DNA of 64,000 bases from Flavobacteriales bacterium. Lineage in GTDB: Bacteria > Bacteroidota > Bacteroidia > Flavobacteriales > BACL11. Positions 57,999 to 64,000 of the stretch are shown piece after piece (the stretch's first letter is position 1; the number at the start of each line of letters is the position of its first letter). The DNA lies in assembly GCA_002728175.1 (NCBI GenBank), contig PBVH01000012.1:105037-169036 (forward strand). Reading direction: 5' to 3'. Both the position numbers and the translations under genes were made by a program. The notes under the pieces are model-generated. The model was not told where the DNA came from. It searched no databases and worked only from the letters and a program-made list of their open reading frames with translations.

Positions 57999-58988
57999 TT
58001 AGATTTTAGCAAGCTCAGTTTTTAAATAATTAATAACGTCAATTTCAATAGCATCAACCTTATTCATTTCTGATAAATACCAGCTTATCCAGTCTCCTAA
58101 GTGAATATGGTATAAAGTGTTTTCTATTTGAGTTTCACCCTCACTCCAAACCTCAATAATATTTTGAGTATACTTTGAAATAACAGATTTATTAATGTCT
58201 ATTCTTATTTGGTTTCGCTTGTTGTCTATTTTATTTCGAAAAAAGATAACTGAAAGATTATCTGTATTAGTTCTCCAGCCCAACAGTTCATTATGGTTCA
58301 TTTCTGGAATAACTTGGTGCCAACACAACATTTTACTGTTTTCATTAATTTGCTGTCTAAATCGAACCGCAACACCCTCGAAACCATCGGCAACATAAAT
58401 AACAGGTGTCGTATTAAATAGTTTTTCAGTAATAAATTTTGCTTGCTCTTTAATTTTACTACTCTTTTCGTTTAATAGAGATATCGAAGTCCTAATGTTT
58501 TCTTTAAAGGAATCGCTAATAATGTTGTGATTATAAAGAATATAAAAAAGCTGCACAAAAGAATATGCAAACATCGCTCTTGGAGGGTGATTTCCAGGAA
58601 CGATTATGTGGTTGTAATTATATTTTTCCGCAAATTCTTTTAGCTTTCCTCCAGATGTTATAATTGCTATTTCTGCATTTTGTTTAATACATTTTTCTAA
58701 TGCAGAAATAGTTTCTTCAGTGTTTCCAGAATAAGAACTGGCAATCACTAAAGTATTACTGTTTATAAATTTAGGAATCTCATAATCTTTCACAGAGACT
58801 AGGGGTAAAAAAGACTCCTTAGAAACTATATCCTTTAAAATATTACCACCAATACCGGAGCCTCCAAGACCGCAAACAACTATGTTTTGAAGTTTTTTTG
58901 AGCTGGGCTTAAGATTAGAGTTTTTACCGATCATTTGAGCTTCCTCGAGCTGATCACAGAAGGAAGATATGTAATCACACATTTTCAT
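57999..58988 (-). CDS. SIS-domain bifunctional phosphoglucose/phosphomannose isomerase family protein
   Basis: 329-aa ORF with the SIS motifs CGLGGSGIGG and SYSGNTEET. Confidence 0.72.
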   Translation of the reverse strand: MKMCDYISSFCDQLEEAQMIGKNSNLKPSSKKLQNIVVCGLGGSGIGGNILKDIVSKESFLPLVSVKDYEIPKFINSNTLVIASSYSGNTEETISALEKCIKQNAEIAIITSGGKLKEFAEKYNYNHIIVPGNHPPRAMFAYSFVQLFYILYNHNIISDSFKENIRTSISLLNEKSSKIKEQAKFITEKLFNTTPVIYVADGFEGVAVRFRQQINENSKMLCWHQVIPEMNHNELLGWRTNTDNLSVIFFRNKIDNKRNQIRIDINKSVISKYTQNIIEVWSEGETQIENTLYHIHLGDWISWYLSEMNKVDAIEIDVINYLKTELAKI

Positions 58989-59045
58989 AATTGAATAAAT
59001 TTAAAATAAGTATAAAAATACGAAATAGTAGGCTAATAGAATTTT

Positions 59046-59053
59046 TATATTTG
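59046..59053 (+). promoter_or_regulatory. Candidate -7 box (TATATTTG) for lysS
   Basis: Exact TAnnTTTG match, 15 nt upstream of the ATG at 59069. It lies inside the implausible TTG-initiated extension of the track ORF. Confidence 0.4.
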
Positions 59054-59068
59054 CAAAAAAATAAGAAT

Positions 59069-60577
59069 ATGACAAAGGATTATTCAGAACAAGAAAAAAT
59101 TCGGAGAGAATCTTTGAAAAAAATAATGGAGTTAGGAATTAATCCTTATCCCGCAAATGAATACATTCTAACAACTAACAGTAAAGAAATTAAACAAAAT
59201 TATTCAGAAAAAGAGAATAATTTTCAAGATATTAGTATTGCAGGTAGAATAATGAGTAGAAGAATAATGGGAAAAGCTTCTTTCATTGAGCTTAAAGATT
59301 TTGACGGTAGAATTCAAGTATACTTAAATCGAGACGAGCTTTGTCCTGGTGACGACAAATCAATGTATAATGATGTCTTTAAAAAGCTTCTCGATATCGG
59401 TGATATAGTTGGTATTGAGGGAAATGTTTTTGTTACAAAGGTTGGTGAGATTAGTGTTTTTGCAAAAAAACTAACCGTTTTGTCTAAGTCAATAAAACCT
59501 CTACCTATTGTAAAAAAAGATTCTGATGGTAACACGCACGACGCCTTTAAAGATACAGAGTTAAGGTATAGACAAAGGTCCTTAGACTTAATAGTTAACG
59601 ATAAAGCATGGTCAGTATTTGAAACAAGAACAAAAATTTTCAACGCAATAAGAAGTAGGTTAAATAACATGGGTTATATAGAGGTGGAAACACCTATTCT
59701 TCAACCCATTGCCGGAGGAGCTGCAGCAAGGCCATTTGTAACACATCACAATACTTTAGATATGCCTCTTTATTTAAGAATAGCAAATGAGCTATATTTA
59801 AAGAGGTTAATTGTTGGAGGAAAGGAGGGAGTTTTTGAGTTTGCAAAAGACTTTAGAAACGAAGGAATGGATAAAACTCATAATCCTGAATTTACGATGT
59901 TAGAATTTTATGTTGCATATAAGGACTATAATTGGATGATGAATTTTGTCGAAAAATTATTAGAAGAAACGGTAATAGAAGTATGTGGCAGCAACAAAGT
60001 ATGTTTTGATGGAAAGGAAATAAGTTTTGCAAGACCGTATAAAAAAATTGCATTTTTTGATGCTATAAAAAATGAAACAGGAGATGATGTCTCGAAAATG
60101 ACAGAAGAAGAGCTTTTTGACTACTGTAAAGAAAAAAATATAAAAACAGATAGTTCTATGGCGAAAGGAAAACTATATGATCTTATTTTTGGAGAGTTTT
60201 GTGAACATCAACTTATTCAACCAACATATATAACAGACTACCCTTTTGAAATGTCCCCGCTCTCAAAAAAACATAGAACAAAACAAGGTCTAACCGAAAG
60301 ATTTGAACTCTTTATTAATGCAAAAGAAATTGCTAATGCATATTCAGAACAAAATAATCCTATTGAACAAAGAAGTAGCTTTGAAGAACAAATGAGACTT
60401 CATGAAAAGGGTGATGATGAAGCGATGCTAATAGACAACAAGTTTTTGACAGCATTAGAATATGGAATGCCACCAACTTCGGGTATCGGTATAGGAATGG
60501 ATAGATTAACTATGCTCTTGACAAACAAACAATCTATTCAGGATGTTCTGTTTTTTCCACAAATGAAAAATGATTAA
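59069..60577 (+). CDS. lysS: Lysine-tRNA ligase (class II)
   Basis: The sequence runs MTKDYSEQEKIRRESLKKIMELGINPYP... and carries the class II motifs FRNEG and GIGIGMDRLTM. The track start at 58991 (TTG) adds 26 non-homologous residues. Confidence 0.92.
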   Translation: MTKDYSEQEKIRRESLKKIMELGINPYPANEYILTTNSKEIKQNYSEKENNFQDISIAGRIMSRRIMGKASFIELKDFDGRIQVYLNRDELCPGDDKSMYNDVFKKLLDIGDIVGIEGNVFVTKVGEISVFAKKLTVLSKSIKPLPIVKKDSDGNTHDAFKDTELRYRQRSLDLIVNDKAWSVFETRTKIFNAIRSRLNNMGYIEVETPILQPIAGGAAARPFVTHHNTLDMPLYLRIANELYLKRLIVGGKEGVFEFAKDFRNEGMDKTHNPEFTMLEFYVAYKDYNWMMNFVEKLLEETVIEVCGSNKVCFDGKEISFARPYKKIAFFDAIKNETGDDVSKMTEEELFDYCKEKNIKTDSSMAKGKLYDLIFGEFCEHQLIQPTYITDYPFEMSPLSKKHRTKQGLTERFELFINAKEIANAYSEQNNPIEQRSSFEEQMRLHEKGDDEAMLIDNKFLTALEYGMPPTSGIGIGMDRLTMLLTNKQSIQDVLFFPQMKND

Positions 60578-60588
60578 AAAGTAAAAAG

Positions 60589-60936
60589 ATGATGGACCTA
60601 CTAAGTAAAAAAGAAATTAATGGGGAAGAATTAAAAAAGCTTTTACATTTGAGAAACAACAATAAATTACAATTTTTGTTAGTTGATGTAAGGGAAGAGT
60701 ATGAATATAATGTTAGCAGAATTAATGGCGTGGATTTTTTAATACCATTATCTGAACTGTATGATAAGGTAAAAGAAATAGAGAATCAAAAAGAGTTACC
60801 AATAGTTATGCAATGTAAATTAGGTGGAAGATCTCAACAGGCGCAAAGACAATTAGAAATAATGGGATTTAAAAACGTCATAAATTTAGCTGGAGGAATA
60901 ACAGAATATACGGGGGACATAATTTATGGAAATTAA
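60589..60936 (+). CDS. Rhodanese-like domain protein
   Basis: 115-aa ORF. It has LVDVREEYEY and the active-site loop CKLGGRS. Confidence 0.8.
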   Translation: MMDLLSKKEINGEELKKLLHLRNNNKLQFLLVDVREEYEYNVSRINGVDFLIPLSELYDKVKEIENQKELPIVMQCKLGGRSQQAQRQLEIMGFKNVINLAGGITEYTGDIIYGN

Positions 60937-62530
60937 AAAATATTTTTTTTACAGTTTTGTATTAACACTCTTTTTGTTTTCATGTCAAAACAAAAATATT
61001 TTAAAAGAAATAGAGAATGATGTGTTATATTTATCAGATGATAAGCTTGAAGGTCGCGAAACAGGAACGAAAGGAGAAGATCTTGCCGCAGAGTATATAG
61101 TAAAAAGATTTGATAAAATTGGTCTTCAAACAAAAGTAGACACGTTTGAGTTTAATGGTAATGTCGAGGTTAACTTTATTTGTGATATATCAAATTTATA
61201 TCCAACAAAATATTCTAATAGTTCAGAAGCACTTAATCTTTCGGTTGTTGATGTTAATTTTGGGATTCATGCACCAAGCGAAAATTATTCAGACTATAAA
61301 AATGTTGAGGTAAAAGATAAAGCAGTTTTAATAAATACATCTTCACCTGATGGTATTCATCCTCATTCTAAATATGTACAGTATCATTCAATAGGTTCAA
61401 GAATCGAGGAAGCAAAAAAAAGAGGAGTAAAGTGTATTATTTTTTTTAATAAAGATAAAAACGCAGAATCTCTTGCAAAAAAATTCAAAAAATTAAAAAA
61501 TACTGGACTTCCAGTATTGTTTTTAAACGACTCAAAGGATAAGGTTTTAAATCAAAAATTAACATTTAGTTTACAAATAAAAGAACAAAAGTTAAAAGGT
61601 AAAAACATTATTGCAAACATCAACAATAATGCTATTAAGACAGTAATAATTGGTGCGCATTATGATCACATTGGTTGGGGTAAAGAAGGGTCCCGTTATA
61701 TTGGGGAGCCCGCAATCCATAACGGAGCAGATGATAATGCAAGCGGCGTAGCTGCTCTGTTTCAGTTGGCAAAAATTCTCAAAAAGAAGAAAGAGAGTTA
61801 CAATTATATTTTAGTAGCATTTAGCGGTGAAGAAAAAGGACTTTTAGGCTCAAATGCCTATCTTAAAGAGCAAAACCTAAACAAAGCTAACATTAATTGC
61901 ATGATTAATTTAGATATGATAGGCAGATTAGACACTTCCAATACGTTACAAATTTTTGGAACAGGCACATCGCCTTCTTGGAACAATCTCATTGATTCTA
62001 ATAATACAGACAGTTATTTTAATATAAAAAAAAGCAAGAGCGGGATAGGTCCTTCCGACCACACATCTTTTTATTTACATGACATTCCTGTTTTACATTT
62101 TTTTACTGGAGCACATGACGATTATCATAAGCCGCAAGATGACGCAGATAAAATAAATTATAAAGGTCTAGAAAAAATAATATATTACATTGAAAAAATA
62201 GTAAGTGATGTTGCAGCATCTGAACCATTAAAATTTTCTAAAACTAATGATGAAAACAGCAAGAGTGTTCCAAAATTTTCAGTTACCCTCGGTGTTGTTC
62301 CAGACTATTTGTTTGAAAAACACGGCATGCGGATTGATGGTGTAAGCCCAAATAGACCTGCATATAATGCTGGTATTAAAAAAGGAGATATAATAGTTGG
62401 TTTAGGAAAGCATGAAATAGAAGACATATACTCTTATATGAAAGCATTGTCTGCATTTAATAAAAAAGATACTACAAATGCAACAATATTAAGAGGTAAG
62501 AAAGAATTAAGTGTTAGAATAATATTTTAA
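60926..62530 (+). CDS. M28 family peptidase lipoprotein with a PA domain insert and a C-terminal PDZ domain
   Basis: 534-aa ORF with a lipobox (LFSC) and the M28 motifs HYDHIG, GADDNASGVAAL, SGEEKGLLGS and DHTSF. A PDZ-like segment GVSPNRPAYNAGIKKGDIIVGLG lies at the C-terminus. Confidence 0.82.
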   Translation: MEIKKYFFYSFVLTLFLFSCQNKNILKEIENDVLYLSDDKLEGRETGTKGEDLAAEYIVKRFDKIGLQTKVDTFEFNGNVEVNFICDISNLYPTKYSNSSEALNLSVVDVNFGIHAPSENYSDYKNVEVKDKAVLINTSSPDGIHPHSKYVQYHSIGSRIEEAKKRGVKCIIFFNKDKNAESLAKKFKKLKNTGLPVLFLNDSKDKVLNQKLTFSLQIKEQKLKGKNIIANINNNAIKTVIIGAHYDHIGWGKEGSRYIGEPAIHNGADDNASGVAALFQLAKILKKKKESYNYILVAFSGEEKGLLGSNAYLKEQNLNKANINCMINLDMIGRLDTSNTLQIFGTGTSPSWNNLIDSNNTDSYFNIKKSKSGIGPSDHTSFYLHDIPVLHFFTGAHDDYHKPQDDADKINYKGLEKIIYYIEKIVSDVAASEPLKFSKTNDENSKSVPKFSVTLGVVPDYLFEKHGMRIDGVSPNRPAYNAGIKKGDIIVGLGKHEIEDIYSYMKALSAFNKKDTTNATILRGKKELSVRIIF

Positions 62531-64000
62531 TATTTTATTTGATTTAGCATCTCCGACAATTTTTTCTAATTCATTTTTACTAGCTAACTTTATTTTGTTC
62601 ACAGTCCCAAAACAAGCAATTAGTTTTTCTATACTTTTAGGCCCGATTCCAGGTATAGAATCAATTGACGAGCTTAATCCTTCTTTAATTCTTTTTTTTC
62701 TATGATGTGCTATTGCAAACCTATGCGCTTCGTTTCTAATTCTTTGAAGTAACCTTAAGCTTTCGGACCTTTTATCTAAATATAATGGAACCGGATCATT
62801 AGGAAAAAAAATTTCTTCCAAGCGCTTAGCAATTCCTATAATATTAATTTTCAGCTTTAATTTATCTAAACTTTTTTTTGCAGAGCTTAACTGACCTTTT
62901 CCGCCATCAATTACAATTAATTGTGGTAATTCTTTTTTTTCATTTTGTAACCTAACATATCTTCTAAAAACAACCTCAGTCATGCTTTTAAAATCATCAA
63001 TTCCAGAAACTGTTTTTATATTAAAGTTACGATAATCTTTTTTGGCAGGAATCCCGTTTTTAAAAACTACACATGAAGCCACAGGATTAGATCCTTGTAT
63101 ATTTGAATTGTCAAAACACTCTATATGATTTGGCAAGACATCTAATTTTAAATCTTGCTTGAGCTTAGCCAAAACTCCAGAACTAGTTTTTTTGGTTTTA
63201 AAATTTAAACGTTTTTTTTTCATCTCCATCTTCAGATATTTTGCGTTTAGCAGACTAAGATCTAGTAATGTTTTCTTTTCTCCCTTAACAGGCACGTTAA
63301 ATTTGACCCCATCTATAAAAGAAGGAAAATTCATTTGTATCAAAACACTCTTTGAATTACTTTTAAACTTTTCTCTCATGTGAACTATTACTTTTTTCAA
63401 AATTTCTTTAACGTTTTCATTAAGTTTTTTTTGTATTTCAATAGTATGAGTAATATCAATTGTACCCTGATTGATTTTCATATAGTTTACATAAGCATAT
63501 TGTTCATCATCATTAACGCTAAACACATCAATATTGCTAAGGCTAGAACTAACAACAACTGATTTAGATTGATAGTTATTCAATAAAGTTATTTTATCCT
63601 TTATTTTTTGCGCTTTTTCAAACTCTAAACACACTGACAAATCATTCATTTGTTTTGTTAGATAAGAAATTAATATTTTAATATTTCCTTTAATAATCTT
63701 TCTGGCTGAACTAATTATTTGTAGATATTTTTCTTTTGTATCAGGGTCTTTATTTTTATTCAAATATGTAAAAGGAGTCCACCCGTTATCATAAAACATG
63801 TCTGAAATATAATCCAAAATAATTTTTACTATTTGTGATGACATGTATGGGCCATAGTATTCAGAACCATCTTTTTTAACTTTTCTTGTTTGATAAACTC
63901 TTGGAAACTCTTCTTGACTAATGCACAACCATGGATATGTTTTACCGTCTTTAAGTAAAATATTATATTTTGGCTTTTCTTTTTTAATTAAATTGTTTTC
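62507..64000 (-). CDS. uvrC: Excinuclease ABC subunit C, with its N-terminus beyond the window edge
   Basis: The track ORF starts at an internal TTG (63928). The frame stays open to 64000 and reads ENNLIKKEKPKYNILLKDGKTYPW-LCISQEEFPRV, which is the GIY-YIG/UvrC region. The C-terminus has an endonuclease V-like domain and (HhH)2 (IPGIGPKSIEKL). Confidence 0.9.
   Translation of the reverse strand, partial: ENNLIKKEKPKYNILLKDGKTYPWLCISQEEFPRVYQTRKVKKDGSEYYGPYMSSQIVKIILDYISDMFYDNGWTPFTYLNKNKDPDTKEKYLQIISSARKIIKGNIKILISYLTKQMNDLSVCLEFEKAQKIKDKITLLNNYQSKSVVVSSSLSNIDVFSVNDDEQYAYVNYMKINQGTIDITHTIEIQKKLNENVKEILKKVIVHMREKFKSNSKSVLIQMNFPSFIDGVKFNVPVKGEKKTLLDLSLLNAKYLKMEMKKKRLNFKTKKTSSGVLAKLKQDLKLDVLPNHIECFDNSNIQGSNPVASCVVFKNGIPAKKDYRNFNIKTVSGIDDFKSMTEVVFRRYVRLQNEKKELPQLIVIDGGKGQLSSAKKSLDKLKLKINIIGIAKRLEEIFFPNDPVPLYLDKRSESLRLLQRIRNEAHRFAIAHHRKKRIKEGLSSSIDSIPGIGPKSIEKLIACFGTVNKIKLASKNELEKIVGDAKSNKILKYYSNT

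Noticed and set aside
1-64000. I searched for a defence island, CRISPR array, prophage, transposon, integrase, toxin-antitoxin pair or other accessory 'system'.
   Set aside because: I saw no direct-repeat/spacer array. No translation in the track or my own reading carries a recombinase, transposase or phage-structural motif. Composition appears uniform by eye across the coding regions. Essentially every ORF has a housekeeping or envelope assignment. Claiming a novel system here would be unsupported.

Overview
This is a very AT-rich, tightly packed chromosomal segment. Its gene content is typical of a streamlined, probably marine, Flavobacteriia-type Bacteroidota genome: T9SS/gliding genes sprE/porW-like and gldH, T9SS C-terminal sorting domains, TAnnTTTG promoter boxes, and an atpBEFHAG operon without atpDC. 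I call about 63 protein genes and one tRNA-Asn(GTT). Nearly all are housekeeping: gatA, tatA, dut, F-ATPase, dxr, rseP, rnr, rnhA, purN, acpP-fabF-rnc, pyk, pheS, pgk, holB, a PBP1A, scoAB, lipB, lysS and uvrC. The rest are cell-envelope genes: three LytM/M23 proteins, a bactofilin, TPR and DUF lipoproteins, and M28/M42 peptidases. Three real features are absent from or misrepresented in the supplied ORF track. A more than 1060-aa secreted SBBP/PKD repeat protein runs off the left edge (1..3187, minus). A 57-aa tatA lies at 6585..6758. uvrC continues past the right edge. I found no CRISPR array, transposase, integrase, phage gene, toxin-antitoxin pair or recognisable defence island, and I cannot honestly point to a clear undescribed multi-gene system. 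The most unusual items are these: (i) a 546-bp, ~11% G+C divergent intergenic tract (32540..33085) with five copies of TTGTTAAT and a perfect 10-bp inverted repeat, upstream of a multidomain T9SS cargo with a CxxC thioredoxin-like module; (ii) a GNAT acetyltransferase gene disrupted by a frameshift in a T9 homopolymer; (iii) a sprE-bactofilin-atpZ-atp gene string with overlapping reading frames, plus an intercistronic hairpin after atpE; (iv) six convergent gene pairs whose 3' ends overlap. All functional calls come from hand translation and recalled family motifs. No database search was run.
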